A stretch of DNA of 64,000 bases from assembly GCA_016212185.1 (NCBI GenBank), contig JACRGX010000056.1:31240-95239 (forward strand). Reading direction: 5' to 3'. The notes beneath the pieces are model-generated. The model was not told where the DNA came from. It saw only the letters and a program-made list of their open reading frames with translations, and ran no database searches. Origin of the DNA: Nitrospirota bacterium. Lineage in GTDB: Bacteria > Nitrospirota > Thermodesulfovibrionia > UBA6902 > DSMQ01. Positions 1-10,359 of the stretch are shown here, in pieces. Position 1 is the first letter of the stretch; every line of letters begins with the position of its first letter. A program made the translations under genes and the position numbers.

Positions 1-686
1 AGGATAACATTTATACAGAAAGTACATTTGTAACTGCACCCGATGCCGGTTATAATAGGATACACAAGGCAGTTTTTATATGCATCGCCATAAAAATCCT
101 CAACAGCTATTACATTATTTCTTGAATAACGTAGATGGTCTATCAAAGAAAAGTCCAAGGCAGGGATATTGCTGAGGTCATCTTTAACGGGGTTGGGGGG
201 GGTCTGTACTATTGAATGCTTCGCAGTCTTATAATATACTCCCGGAACTCCAGAGAGGTCCCCGCCTTCGGACAATGTCAAGCTTAGCGGGATAATCGTA
301 GCCGCCGCATCATTTACCACTACAATATCTACTGCCTTATCTTCAACGGTCTGCTCCGGGAAAAGTGTTGGGTGAACCCCTCCCCATACTATCACTGCAT
401 TGCTGTGTCTTTGCTTTATTGCCTGCGACACATGATATGCCCACGGCAGTTGCACAGTCATTACCGAAAAACCGACGAATATAACTCTTTCGTCAATTTC
501 TTTAAGAATAGAGTTTACAGCCTCATCAATCCTCTGATACCTGCCGTCAACCACAATGACTTGAAAACCTGCGTTATGGAGTATTGTTGCAAGAACCATT
601 ATTGCAGTATTCGGATAGGCGCCATATGACATAATCTCCTGAAAATGTGTGCCGGGGTTTACCAGAATTATCTTATTCTTCTTCAT
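1..686 (-). CDS. B12-binding radical SAM protein (N-terminal part; C-terminus lies beyond window start)
   Basis: Manual translation of minus strand from ATG at 684-686: MKKNKIILVNPG... Rossmann-like cobalamin-binding N-domain followed by GIGCSYKCTFC (CxxxCxxC). Open to position 1; not in ORF track because it runs off the window. Confidence 0.65.
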   Translation of the reverse strand, partial: MKKNKIILVNPGTHFQEIMSYGAYPNTAIMVLATILHNAGFQVIVVDGRYQRIDEAVNSILKEIDERVIFVGFSVMTVQLPWAYHVSQAIKQRHSNAVIVWGGVHPTLFPEQTVEDKAVDIVVVNDAAATIIPLSLTLSEGGDLSGVPGVYYKTAKHSIVQTPPNPVKDDLSNIPALDFSLIDHLRYSRNNVIAVEDFYGDAYKNCLVYPIITGIGCSYKCTFCINVI

Positions 687-2304
687 AGTATTTTCTGTGA
701 GTAAAAATTTTCATCTTAGATAAAAAAGTCTTTATAGTTAACTGCAACGCATAACCAATGCGTCCATGCCAGTAATACATTACAGCATAATCCTGTCTGT
801 TATGATTGCCTATATTCTGCTTGCAGCGTTCAATATCTTTTATGAAACTATACTCGCTGTAAAGTGATTCAATCAAATTCCTGCCCTCAGTTGTCATATT
901 GGATCTTATATAGCACCAGTAAAGCAACGGCACATAAGGCAGAAAAATCTCTCTGTTCATGCGCGGAGGATAATCGGCAAGCCATTCTCTTTCCATAGCC
1001 TGCAATTTCTCACCTCTTAAATATATCTTCCTGATCCAGAGGCTTTGCAGTATCCACTCCATATAACTGCCACGAAGCCATTTCTGCAGCAACAGGATAT
1101 CTTTAAGGTCAACCCTGCAGAGAAACAATTTTTCTATTTCATTTGAAAAAGGTATGCATGAAAATTTTTTATGTGCAAGTGACAATGCTTTTAAAGCCTG
1201 CGGCATACAGCCGGTAAACGCCCAAAAAATTGAGAGCAGTGACATTCTTTCCTCGGGTTTGTATAATTCTCCTTTATTCGCTATTTTCTTTATTCTGTCA
1301 AGGGTCTTCTCCAGCGCCAGTTCAGGGGAAACAGCAAGATGAGTTTTAAATATCGGGGCATAAACATCCATTTTTCTTTCTTCCACAATATGTAATATAT
1401 TTTTTATGTCCCCCCCGCTGTTTACTATCATATTGTCTAAAAGATTATGGAAAAATGTTTTCCTTCCCGCCGGCACTGCCACTACCGGCACATTTCTTTG
1501 CAGGGCATCTATAATCACCTGAGAGTTCCCACGGTTAAAAAGCACATCGGCAATGTCCAGAATATGATCTATGGGTGTATATTGATTTGCAATTTTTGCA
1601 TCAGGGGCATGCCTTTTTATAAATTCATAGATGTTTTTGTCCTGTTCGGCAGGATGGGGTTTAACAATAAGCTCATATCTCGCAGGCAGTCCTTTTGATA
1701 TGCACGCAAGCAGCTCTTTCCTGACTGCAGGAGTTTCTCCGCTTGGCGTCAGATATGCAAGACTCAGCACCGCTACGAGTTTGTTGTCGGATATCTTTAG
1801 TTCTTTTCTTAACGCTTCTTTCTTGTTTGAATCGGATGAATATAATTTTTTATACCTGAATACGCACCCAGTGGTTTCAACCACATCGCCGGGAACCCCT
1901 GTTTCAATAAACTTCTGCTGCTCATATTCCGACGCAACAAGCAAATGGTCAACAGGCAAAAAATATTCGTTTACAAAACCCTGCTCCAGCATCATCTGAA
2001 GTACCTCCTCAATTGCAATTACAGGAACTCCGAGCAGTGCAGCTTTCTGAATCAGATTGAGATGAGGCATTCTCGGTTGCGCTGAAAAGAGTATTAAAGC
2101 CTTTACATTGTCAAACAGCCCTTCCGGGGGATACCCGTCATTTAAAAAAAAGTTCCCGTTAATATGCCTTTTTTTATCAGAAAACCATTTAAGCTTAGGG
2201 TTATAAACACACTTTATATCCCATCCGGGCAGGAACTGCCTGAAGATTTCTATACTTCTATCGTGAACAATACTGACAGGATTAAAAAGAAGGGTATTCT
2301 TCAT
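673..2304 (-). CDS. TagF/Capsule_synth-like Rossmann-fold glycosyl- or phosphotransferase (putative)
   Basis: 543 aa ORF; motif LIVKPHPAEQ (KxHP-type motif of CDP-glycerol glycerophosphotransferase/capsule-synthesis families) followed by conserved C-terminal block; paralogous to 3 other ORFs in the locus. Confidence 0.4.
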   Translation of the reverse strand: MKNTLLFNPVSIVHDRSIEIFRQFLPGWDIKCVYNPKLKWFSDKKRHINGNFFLNDGYPPEGLFDNVKALILFSAQPRMPHLNLIQKAALLGVPVIAIEEVLQMMLEQGFVNEYFLPVDHLLVASEYEQQKFIETGVPGDVVETTGCVFRYKKLYSSDSNKKEALRKELKISDNKLVAVLSLAYLTPSGETPAVRKELLACISKGLPARYELIVKPHPAEQDKNIYEFIKRHAPDAKIANQYTPIDHILDIADVLFNRGNSQVIIDALQRNVPVVAVPAGRKTFFHNLLDNMIVNSGGDIKNILHIVEERKMDVYAPIFKTHLAVSPELALEKTLDRIKKIANKGELYKPEERMSLLSIFWAFTGCMPQALKALSLAHKKFSCIPFSNEIEKLFLCRVDLKDILLLQKWLRGSYMEWILQSLWIRKIYLRGEKLQAMEREWLADYPPRMNREIFLPYVPLLYWCYIRSNMTTEGRNLIESLYSEYSFIKDIERCKQNIGNHNRQDYAVMYYWHGRIGYALQLTIKTFLSKMKIFTHRKYYEEE

Positions 2305-3218
2305 TTAGCATTTTTCTTTAGATTATAATAAGCTGTATTTGTAGCGCCGACTTTAGAATTTTTTATCGTGGTGTATACCAGGACATCATCTCTTTTATGC
2401 AGCTGGTCGCATACATTACAAAAGGGAAACTTGTAAAAATTCCCTTCCTGGTGCGCCTGCCTGAACGCATTATACTCTTTGCTATGCAATACCTCGTGCA
2501 GAGTCTGTTTTTTAAAATCGCCTAAAACAATCTTGCTGTCATAATCAAAGCAGCAGGGAACCGCCAATCCGTCCCACTGCACCTGAACAGGCCCTGTAAA
2601 CGGACGGCCGCAGCTGGTTTTTTTCTCATCAAAGGGTCTGTATGTTCTTCCGTCTCCCCAGTTATGGGGCTTCCATACAGAAATGCCATCAGCTATTTCT
2701 TCATAACGCCTGAGAAAATCCTTCATCTCATGCTCATTTTCCGGCATTAATAAAAAATACATTTCTATCCTTAATTTACTGTTTTCCCTCCGGCGGGTCT
2801 CAAATAAATTCGCGACATTTTTACTGACATCTTCAAAAGACAGCCCTTTATGTATTCCTTCATAGGTTAACTTTGTTGTCCCGTACATGCTGATGCGTAT
2901 TTTATCAAACAGGTCTGCAACCTTTTCCGCCTTCTTTTCATCAAGAATGGAGCCGTTTGTTATGGTGTAAACCTCAAGTCCCTTTGATTTTGCATATTCA
3001 GCGCGCTCAAAGATATATGGATCCAGAAAGCTTTCCCCGTAATTTTCAAGCGAAACCAGCTTAGCCCCGCCGCCTACGGCTTCATCCAGAACTTTTTTAT
3101 AAAGGTTAAGGTCGAGGACGCCCTGGCGCCGTGTCATCCTCTCGCGCGGGCACATTATACATTTTGCATTACATTTGTTTGTTACTTCAAAACGTATTTC
3201 CGGGTTAATTAATTTCAT
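2301..3218 (-). CDS. radical SAM protein with C-terminal Cys-rich (SPASM/twitch-like) region
   Basis: N-terminal CNAKCIMCPRE (CxxxCxxC) radical SAM motif; C-terminal PCCFDYDS...CNVCDQ cysteine cluster. Confidence 0.7.
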   Translation of the reverse strand: MKLINPEIRFEVTNKCNAKCIMCPRERMTRRQGVLDLNLYKKVLDEAVGGGAKLVSLENYGESFLDPYIFERAEYAKSKGLEVYTITNGSILDEKKAEKVADLFDKIRISMYGTTKLTYEGIHKGLSFEDVSKNVANLFETRRRENSKLRIEMYFLLMPENEHEMKDFLRRYEEIADGISVWKPHNWGDGRTYRPFDEKKTSCGRPFTGPVQVQWDGLAVPCCFDYDSKIVLGDFKKQTLHEVLHSKEYNAFRQAHQEGNFYKFPFCNVCDQLHKRDDVLVYTTIKNSKVGATNTAYYNLKKNAK

Positions 3219-3278
3219 TTCAAATCCGCCTTTTCTTAGATTTATTTAAAAATACTATACAGCATTTTCATATTCCGG

Positions 3279-5189
3279 TTATTTTCTTATGAGCAGATCT
3301 TTGAAATAAGCGCTCAATTTTACTATTTCCTTATCATCAAAAACATGCTTTGCCCATACAGCTTCAGGCACTGTCCCATGAAAATGGTTTTTAATCAGCC
3401 AATTCAGCGCCCACGGGAAATTATCTGCCGAGTTCACATAATAGCATGAATCCGGCTCAGGCTTTGTCTCAGGAGCAAGTATCTGACATGGTATGTGGCA
3501 GTATTTACCTGTGGGATCATACTGCAAAACCGGAATTCTGTTTTGCAGGGCTTCTTCAATCGTTGTTGATGAGTAACTGACAAGCATGTCAGAGAGGGAC
3601 AGATACTCTTCAAACGACCCTTCGGTATGGATGTCGTAACAATCGGATTCAACCAATAAAGACTCTAAATCATTTTTTGATAAATAATCTTTCGGCCTGA
3701 ACCGGATAATTAAATGTAAATCACTAACTTTTTCCACAGCACTGATAAGTGAGTTCAGATTGCCGATATATTCATCCACTGTCTGATAAACATAAAATCT
3801 TAAATCATTATGCAGTCTGGGAGTATCGGCATGCAGTAGTATGATTTTATTTTCATACCCTCGAAGAAGTTTTTTTCTTAAAAGCACCCTCGTGTTTTCA
3901 TTTTTGTTAACCTTTGCAAAAAGTAGCGGACCTGTAATAATATGTGTGCTCCGTGTTGAAATCTCCTGAAGATATGCCCTTGCCCATGGAGATTGAACGG
4001 CAATATATTGATAGCGGGTATTCACTAAACCAAGACCGTGTTCCTTCCATTCCATCATCTCATACTGGTTTTTGGGAGGGACATGCGAACCATGTGAAAC
4101 CAGCAATGACGGTATATTATATAAAGAAGCGAGTTCACCGAGGTTATAATTCATAAACCTTGCCATCTGCGAAATAATAATTGCCGGTCTTAATTTCTTT
4201 AAAAACCCGTTTAGATGTAAGGTTTGATTATGTATATTAGAAATAGTGGAAACAATGTCGTCCCTGATTTTTTTAAATACTATCTCTTTAACGCTAATCC
4301 CTCTGTAGCTGAAAATTTCATCGCTGCCCGCTGATTCCCAAAGTCTTTGTACCGATTGATTTATTGTTTTTTTAAATCTTTTTTGTTTTTTGCCGCCAAT
4401 AACCGGCAAAGGGAAAAAAATATCTCCATCAGCCCTGAATAAAAAACTTAGTATTGAACTGGGATTTTTATCTGCCAAATAAAGCACACGGGCATCTGGC
4501 AATACCGGCATTAATTCATTGATGACCCTCTGAAAGTTATAACTCATTGACGGTGCAATAATAATTTGCCGGGCTTTAAGCAGACTGCTCATCGACAGTA
4601 TTAATTTATAGATAAGAAACTTACATAAATCAGAAGCATTTTTTTTAACCGCTCCGGCTGCCGGATTCCTGCTTATATGGACGCCCTGCATTAATTCATG
4701 TGCTATGCAGAGCTTTTCAGATATCCTCTTGCTGATAGTTCCTGCATATCCTTCGCTATCGGACAAATATGGATTAAGCGAATAGCTGCCGTCTCTTGAA
4801 AATGCGATTATTTGCTCAATATTCCAAAGTAAGCAGGCCCTGTAAATAATTTCAATAAGCCATAAAAAATAATGAATAAATGTTCTCAGGTAAAAGAGAA
4901 CGGTTATGTTATATCCCTGTGTTATTCTAAGTTCATCCTCTATCGTTAATAGAGATTCGCAGAATTTGTATATCTCATCCGATTTCAGTAATGCCTGTTC
5001 ATGCCCTTCTCTTCCAAAAAGTTCATAAGTGGTAAAAAAACGGATTCCATTGCGTTTTAACTGCAGTTGTGCCTCAGGGAGAATTGCAAGAACATAAGTG
5101 TCTTCCTTCCTTAGTTCCTCAATAGACCTCCGGGCGATGAAGGAATCTACTTCGTCTTTGAATTCAAATATGATAAGGGTTCTGCTCAA
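3279..5189 (-). CDS. hypothetical protein, TagF/Capsule_synth-like C-terminal domain
   Basis: 636 aa; C-terminal IIRFRPKDY...SYSSTTIEEAL pattern parallels KxHP paralogs 673-2304, 12548-14632, 14632-15678. Confidence 0.3.
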   Translation of the reverse strand: MSRTLIIFEFKDEVDSFIARRSIEELRKEDTYVLAILPEAQLQLKRNGIRFFTTYELFGREGHEQALLKSDEIYKFCESLLTIEDELRITQGYNITVLFYLRTFIHYFLWLIEIIYRACLLWNIEQIIAFSRDGSYSLNPYLSDSEGYAGTISKRISEKLCIAHELMQGVHISRNPAAGAVKKNASDLCKFLIYKLILSMSSLLKARQIIIAPSMSYNFQRVINELMPVLPDARVLYLADKNPSSILSFLFRADGDIFFPLPVIGGKKQKRFKKTINQSVQRLWESAGSDEIFSYRGISVKEIVFKKIRDDIVSTISNIHNQTLHLNGFLKKLRPAIIISQMARFMNYNLGELASLYNIPSLLVSHGSHVPPKNQYEMMEWKEHGLGLVNTRYQYIAVQSPWARAYLQEISTRSTHIITGPLLFAKVNKNENTRVLLRKKLLRGYENKIILLHADTPRLHNDLRFYVYQTVDEYIGNLNSLISAVEKVSDLHLIIRFRPKDYLSKNDLESLLVESDCYDIHTEGSFEEYLSLSDMLVSYSSTTIEEALQNRIPVLQYDPTGKYCHIPCQILAPETKPEPDSCYYVNSADNFPWALNWLIKNHFHGTVPEAVWAKHVFDDKEIVKLSAYFKDLLIRK

Positions 5190-5200
5190 GGTTAATGCAG

Positions 5201-6574
5201 CTAAACTGACTTCCCTGCCTGCCGGTCAGGCGGGTGAATCCAGAAATCAATAAGCCTTTCCGCCATTCTAAAGTCTTCTTCCTCTCTCACTTCAAGCGGC
5301 GAGTAAGGGTTGTTCACCGCGTAAATGCCTATTTTTTCGCCGAGCAGGGAGCCTTCGCGAATAAATTCAGGATGCGTGACTGAACACAGCCCTTTGATTC
5401 CGATAAATGAAGGTTCTTTGTATTTTCGCGGGATATCGCCTTTGTCTATTCTCTCAATTTTATTATCTTCCTGCTTCCATATAGACCTGTATTCGGTTCT
5501 GGCGGCAATAACGCTGTCCAGTCCTTCTTTAATTAATTGCTCTATTATGCTGTCTATGAGCTTTTTGGTCCTGAAAGGGAATGTCTCCTCAAGATAGACG
5601 ATAATATCAGGAAATATTTTTTGCTCTTCAAGCTTATTCAAAGAATACTGAAGCACCTTCTCAATATCAACAAAATCTCTTGAGAGCGCTTCATCTCTTA
5701 CAAACGGGGCGCTTGCTCCAAGAGTTTTTACAAGCTTTGCAAGCTCATGGTTATCCGTAGACACTATTACCTCTTTGATGTATTTTGATGCAAGCGCCTG
5801 TTCAATGGTATACCCTATAAGAGGCTTGCCTTTAAGATAATTAATCTTCCCCTTTACAGGTATAACAGCCATAATCCTGAGGTTTTTAATATCTACATGT
5901 ATATTGTTTTTTGTCTCCGGATTCAGCGATTCAAGTATATTCACCACACTTGCACACCTTTTCTTGTCTCCGCCCTGGTGAATGCCATGGTAGTGGTAAA
6001 CACTCGCATGAGGTTCATACACAATTACATATCCCTTTTGAAGCATTTTTTCCGCCCATATCCTGTCCTCAATATTCGCAGCCGTCTCGTCAAAAGGCAT
6101 CTCATTCCATGCTGATTTCCTTAGAATGCTGTTTGCATTGTGGAAAAAACTGTCTTTTTTCTGAACTCTCCGGTCCATGCCGAATATTATTGAGAGGTCT
6201 CTCTTATCTATATCCGGCGTATAGGCAAGCGGTTCCTGCCGTCCGTACACTCCAACCACTTTCGGGTCGTCAAAATTATTTAATAAACTTGACAGCCATT
6301 TTTCGTCAATAGGAATACAGTGGCCTGAAAGGCAGACAATATAATCTCCTCTGGATTCCCGTATCCCCATATTAAGGGCAAGCCCGGGTCTGTAGTCCTT
6401 GCACGTTATGACCTTTGCAATATTAAACTGCTGTGCCTTCTCAATTGTCTTGTCCGTGCTCTCATTATCAACTACAATAACTTCAAAATCAGTGAAATCC
6501 TGTTTGAATACCCCCATCAGACACGAGGTTATCCATCTTTCCTCATTTTTAGTCCTGATAATAATAGATACCAT
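5201..6574 (-). CDS. bifunctional GT2 glycosyltransferase / acylneuraminate-cytidylyltransferase-like protein
   Basis: N-term MVSIIIRTKNEERW...VVDNESTD (GT2 DxD region); C-term MAVIPVKGKINYLKGKPLIGYTIEQA... resembles CMP-NeuAc synthetase fold. Confidence 0.55.
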   Translation of the reverse strand: MVSIIIRTKNEERWITSCLMGVFKQDFTDFEVIVVDNESTDKTIEKAQQFNIAKVITCKDYRPGLALNMGIRESRGDYIVCLSGHCIPIDEKWLSSLLNNFDDPKVVGVYGRQEPLAYTPDIDKRDLSIIFGMDRRVQKKDSFFHNANSILRKSAWNEMPFDETAANIEDRIWAEKMLQKGYVIVYEPHASVYHYHGIHQGGDKKRCASVVNILESLNPETKNNIHVDIKNLRIMAVIPVKGKINYLKGKPLIGYTIEQALASKYIKEVIVSTDNHELAKLVKTLGASAPFVRDEALSRDFVDIEKVLQYSLNKLEEQKIFPDIIVYLEETFPFRTKKLIDSIIEQLIKEGLDSVIAARTEYRSIWKQEDNKIERIDKGDIPRKYKEPSFIGIKGLCSVTHPEFIREGSLLGEKIGIYAVNNPYSPLEVREEEDFRMAERLIDFWIHPPDRQAGKSV

Positions 6575-6714
6575 TCTTATCTAAATTCCTCTCGAATAAA
6601 AGAATTCATTGTAAATTTAACAATGCAAATTTAGCATTTAAAATTTGAAATGTTAATTGATAATTTTGCAATTTAAAATGTTCAGCATTATTTCTCTGCG
6701 TTCTCTGTAGTAAA

Positions 6715-7434
6715 TTACTTTTTTGAGGTTTTGACTATTTCATCATACTGAATCACATAACCGCCGGATGATGCCTTTGCCCTCATTACATAGTCTGCAA
6801 GCATGATGTCTTCCTTTGTTTTGATAATAATAGCCGTTTCTTTGCTCACCGGATGATATCCGATTTTGCCACAGAACAATGCGTGTCCATTTTTTTCAAA
6901 TGCGTCAATAAAGGTCTTGTTCTTCCACATCATAATTGAATACACAAAAGGCTGGACAGGCATCAAGTCCTGTGTCTGGGCGAAAATTTCATCAGTTTTA
7001 AAATTTACAGGGCTGCCTTTAAAAATACAGTGAACTTGTTCATTCTTAACAGTTATGAGGGTATCAAGATTTTCTTTAATGAAATAGTCTATAACTTCCT
7101 TTATCTCTTCGCCTGTCTGCAAGGGAGATGTCGGGTTAACCCATGCAACAATATCCGAAGGGTGCTTTAGCATAAAATCATATACAACATTATCTGATTT
7201 TGTAGCAGATGAACCGAGGTCTTTCGGCCTTAGATAAAATTCAACGCTGTATCTTCTGGCAATATCGGAAAATATTTCATCATCAGAATTAACAACTACC
7301 CTGCTGAAAACACCTGAAGCCTTTGCCGCCTCAATAGCATAGGAAATAAGGGGCTTCCCGTTTATAAGGGCAAGGTTCTTCATCTTAAGACGCGTACTGC
7401 CTATCCTTGCCGGAATCATAGCTATAATATTCAT
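6715..7434 (-). CDS. CMP-nonulosonic acid synthetase (acylneuraminate cytidylyltransferase family, NeuA/PseF/LegF-like)
   Basis: NIIAMIPARIGSTRLKMKNLALINGKPLISYAIEAA matches NeuA N-terminal IPARxGSKxxxxKN signature. Confidence 0.8.
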   Translation of the reverse strand: MNIIAMIPARIGSTRLKMKNLALINGKPLISYAIEAAKASGVFSRVVVNSDDEIFSDIARRYSVEFYLRPKDLGSSATKSDNVVYDFMLKHPSDIVAWVNPTSPLQTGEEIKEVIDYFIKENLDTLITVKNEQVHCIFKGSPVNFKTDEIFAQTQDLMPVQPFVYSIMMWKNKTFIDAFEKNGHALFCGKIGYHPVSKETAIIIKTKEDIMLADYVMRAKASSGGYVIQYDEIVKTSKK

Positions 7435-7484
7435 CGTTCTCCTTTCTACTATTGAGTAAGCACTGTGTAATAAATGTCCGAGGT

Positions 7485-7566
7485 CTTGCCATTCCCGCAG
7501 GTCTTAAGCGGGAATCCAGATGTTTTTAAAAGGCCCTGGATTCCGTGTCAAGCACAGAATGACACA
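7485..7566. repeat. MITE/REP-like element copy (two hairpin modules: ATTCCCGC-N9-GCGGGAATCCAG and inverted GGATTCCGTGTCAAGCACAGAATGACA)
   Basis: Shares GTCATTCC ... GGAATCCAG/GGAATGACA modules with 7 other copies in the window. Confidence 0.6.
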
Positions 7567-7589
7567 GAAAGAACATCTATGAAAAATGG

Positions 7590-8666
7590 TCATATCCCCA
7601 CAGAAAAGTCTGTAGAACCAAAAAATTTGATTTTATATTTTTCTGCCAATGCCTTGAACGCATTTAAATCAAGTTCTTTTACCGGAATGCCGTTTTTTGT
7701 CCGGTCCGCAAGGTTTTTCTTTTCCGGGTCGCCCGGCGACATTACAGGGGTATCCGCATCCCTTCCCGGCTCATTGCGAATATCATCCATAAGTTTTTTC
7801 ATCCTCTTTTTGAATAAACCGAGCGGCTGAAAAGCATCAATCTTTATTGCCATGTAGAACTGTCCGAGATGGCGTTTTTCAGAAAGCGGTGTCTTATACA
7901 TATCCGGAATATCCCTGCCAACCTTCATCCCGGTAAGCAGTCCGCATAGTATGTCAACAATCATTGCAAGTCCAAAACCCTTATAGCCGCCGATGGGAAG
8001 GAGCTGTGTCACCTTATGAGAATAACTTGTTGGACTGCCATTTTCATCCGCACCGCTAAGAACAGGCGCATCAAGATTTTCCTGGCGTAACTGCAGCAGT
8101 CTGTTCCATGTAATCACAGACGGCGCTGAATCATAGCAAAAAGGCTCTTCACCTTCGCAGGGCACAGCCATGGCTATAGGGTTCAGTCCAAAAAAGGGGC
8201 GTGTTGAGCCCGGCGTATTCAGCAGTGCATTTGCGTGTGTAAATGCCAATCCTATAAAATCTTTTTTTGCCGCTTCAACGGCAAAGAATGCAGATGTCCC
8301 GCAGTGGCTGGAATTATAAACCGAAACAAGTCCTGCGCCTGCTTCCCTTGCCATATCCACAGCCTTACGCATGGCTTCAATGCCTGCAGCATGTCCAAAG
8401 GTATGGTCCGCATCAAAAGTGCCTGCCGCAGAAGCCGTGCGTTCAAACTTGTACTGCGGATTGGGATTGAGCCGGCCCCCTTCAACTGAGGCAATATAAT
8501 GAGGCAGCAGTCTTATGCCGTGTGAATCAACGCCTCTCAGCGAGGCGTTCAGCAGCCCGTCCGCTACATGTACGGCAACATCATCTCTGACATTCACAGC
8601 CTTTAATACAGATTGTAAGAATTTGTATATTCTATCAGTGCTGAATTTCTTAATACTGTCAGACAA
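7590..8666 (-). CDS. Ldh_2 family (malate/L-lactate/sulfolactate dehydrogenase-type) oxidoreductase
   Basis: 358 aa; HVADGLLNASLRGVDSHGIRLLPHY and SSHCGTSAFF blocks typical of Ldh_2 family. Confidence 0.55.
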   Translation of the reverse strand: MSDSIKKFSTDRIYKFLQSVLKAVNVRDDVAVHVADGLLNASLRGVDSHGIRLLPHYIASVEGGRLNPNPQYKFERTASAAGTFDADHTFGHAAGIEAMRKAVDMAREAGAGLVSVYNSSHCGTSAFFAVEAAKKDFIGLAFTHANALLNTPGSTRPFFGLNPIAMAVPCEGEEPFCYDSAPSVITWNRLLQLRQENLDAPVLSGADENGSPTSYSHKVTQLLPIGGYKGFGLAMIVDILCGLLTGMKVGRDIPDMYKTPLSEKRHLGQFYMAIKIDAFQPLGLFKKRMKKLMDDIRNEPGRDADTPVMSPGDPEKKNLADRTKNGIPVKELDLNAFKALAEKYKIKFFGSTDFSVGI

Positions 8667-8668
8667 GT

Positions 8669-9889
8669 TTATTCTCCTCCCTGTTTATAATTAGATTTTA
8701 TATTTATCCATTTGCCGTTCCCGGCAAGACTCTTATTTACAGCTTCAATAATTGCAGTGGGGATAATGGAGTCCTTAAATGTCGGCCGTTTGCCTTCAAG
8801 TCCGGCAATTTTTACTGTCCCCGATTCAATAGCGCATACATCAGCGAGGAATTGAAGCACGCTCTCAATCCCATACCCGCGAAATGATACATCTCCGGCA
8901 GCAGTTCCGTACATAGAACAAAAATCAGGATTCGGCTCTTCTATTCCATTTCCATCTGTGATTATGCGTATCCCGCGATTTTTTTGGTCCGCTTCATAAC
9001 GCCCCTTTGTCCCAATCACTTTTATCTTCTGGTCAGACATCGCAGAGGTGTTTTCAGGGTCGATCCAGTTGGTAAAAAAGGAAGATGTGAAAACAGCGCC
9101 TGAGGGCATTTCCCATTCAATAACAGCCTGAATAGAATCATATGTATCAATGCCTTTTGAAATAAGGAATCTTTTCTGTCCTGTTGCCATTACCCTGAGA
9201 GGAATGGCTTTTGTCGCAAAATAAATTATATCAACATAGTGAACACCGAGATATTGGAATATGTTAGCCGTCTCAACCCAGCCCTTAAATCTTTCAGTCG
9301 GAATGCTTTTTCGCTGGCTGTATTCCACTATAAAATATAAAGGGGTACCGATTTTGCCGCTTGAAATGGCATCTTTTAATTTAAGGTTTGAACGGTCAAA
9401 CCGTTTATGAAATTCCACTGCTCCATAAACATTATGCCCTTGCTGAAGTTCAACGAGTTCCAATGTTTCCTTTAAGGCAGGCGCAAGAGGCTTTACTACA
9501 AGGGTATGCAAACCATTTTCAATAGTATCGCCTGCAATCTTTCGGTGAAGATTGTCAGGGACCGCCACAATGGCGCAGGCCGGTTTAGGAATATCCTTTA
9601 TTGCCTTCTTGTATGCGTTTACATCACTGTCTCCGGCACCGGGGTAATATCTTAAATTAACCTTAATACCTGTTAATTTGCTGAGTTCCACGGATTTTTT
9701 CTTTAAAATATTGATGCCCTTTGGATTTGTTCCGGCTATATAAACATCCCCGGCTTTCCCTTGTTTTTTCCATTCATAAATTGCAGGCAGTATCGTACCG
9801 TAACCATCTGTACCTCTCCCGCACACATACATGCCGGTGCCGATAACAAGGATGTTGAGGTTTTTGGGAGAAACAACAGTTTTTTTCAT
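8669..9889 (-). CDS. Gfo/Idh/MocA-like NAD(P)-dependent oxidoreductase (putative sugar dehydrogenase)
   Basis: N-terminal LNILVIGTGMYVCGRG Rossmann motif, about 400 aa two-domain layout. Confidence 0.45.
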   Translation of the reverse strand: MKKTVVSPKNLNILVIGTGMYVCGRGTDGYGTILPAIYEWKKQGKAGDVYIAGTNPKGINILKKKSVELSKLTGIKVNLRYYPGAGDSDVNAYKKAIKDIPKPACAIVAVPDNLHRKIAGDTIENGLHTLVVKPLAPALKETLELVELQQGHNVYGAVEFHKRFDRSNLKLKDAISSGKIGTPLYFIVEYSQRKSIPTERFKGWVETANIFQYLGVHYVDIIYFATKAIPLRVMATGQKRFLISKGIDTYDSIQAVIEWEMPSGAVFTSSFFTNWIDPENTSAMSDQKIKVIGTKGRYEADQKNRGIRIITDGNGIEEPNPDFCSMYGTAAGDVSFRGYGIESVLQFLADVCAIESGTVKIAGLEGKRPTFKDSIIPTAIIEAVNKSLAGNGKWINIKSNYKQGGE

Positions 9890-9893
9890 CGTT

Positions 9894-10349
9894 CTATACC
9901 CTGACCTTTACTACGATTTTTCTTACATGCCCGGGTTTATCAATAAAACAGCCTGGCATATGCGCATCCGCCGGATAAAATACGGCAAATATCCCCGGCG
10001 TCAAGATAAGTTGAGACCTACCTTCAGCGTCATGATAAAAAATCACATCTTTGTCCTCTGAGTACGGCGTCATTATTCCCAATTCATAGACAGGCAGCCA
10101 TCCAATTGCCTCTCTGCCTGAAACAATATATTGTATATCAATATATTGTCTGTGACTTTCAAATTTCTTAGTTTCCAGTGCATCTGTGCAGTAACTCTGC
10201 ACCATTGCATATATTTCATCACCTATAATATCATACCGCCCGTCAGGAGTATTCTCATTGAACACTTCAGTTATAAATTTGAAACCTTTATACATATCCG
10301 ATTCTTTATTAAAATAACCGCCCCAGTTTTCAATCCGGTCTAATATCAT
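9894..10349 (-). CDS. YhcH/YjgK/YiaL (DUF386) cupin-like protein
   Basis: 151 aa; family is associated with sialic-acid (nonulosonic acid) operons; FYPADAHMP cupin-like segment. Confidence 0.45.
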   Translation of the reverse strand: MILDRIENWGGYFNKESDMYKGFKFITEVFNENTPDGRYDIIGDEIYAMVQSYCTDALETKKFESHRQYIDIQYIVSGREAIGWLPVYELGIMTPYSEDKDVIFYHDAEGRSQLILTPGIFAVFYPADAHMPGCFIDKPGHVRKIVVKVRV

Positions 10350-10359
10350 CTCTATAAAT

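Noticed and set aside
372-629. 85-aa plus-strand ORF
   Set aside because: Antisense within the partial B12-radical SAM gene at the window start.
7485-7566. Resemblance of ATTCCC-N8-GGGAAT hairpins to neisserial dRS3 repeats
   Set aside because: Only the short palindrome core coincides. Genomic context, GC content and element structure differ, so this is treated as a convergent palindrome rather than homology.
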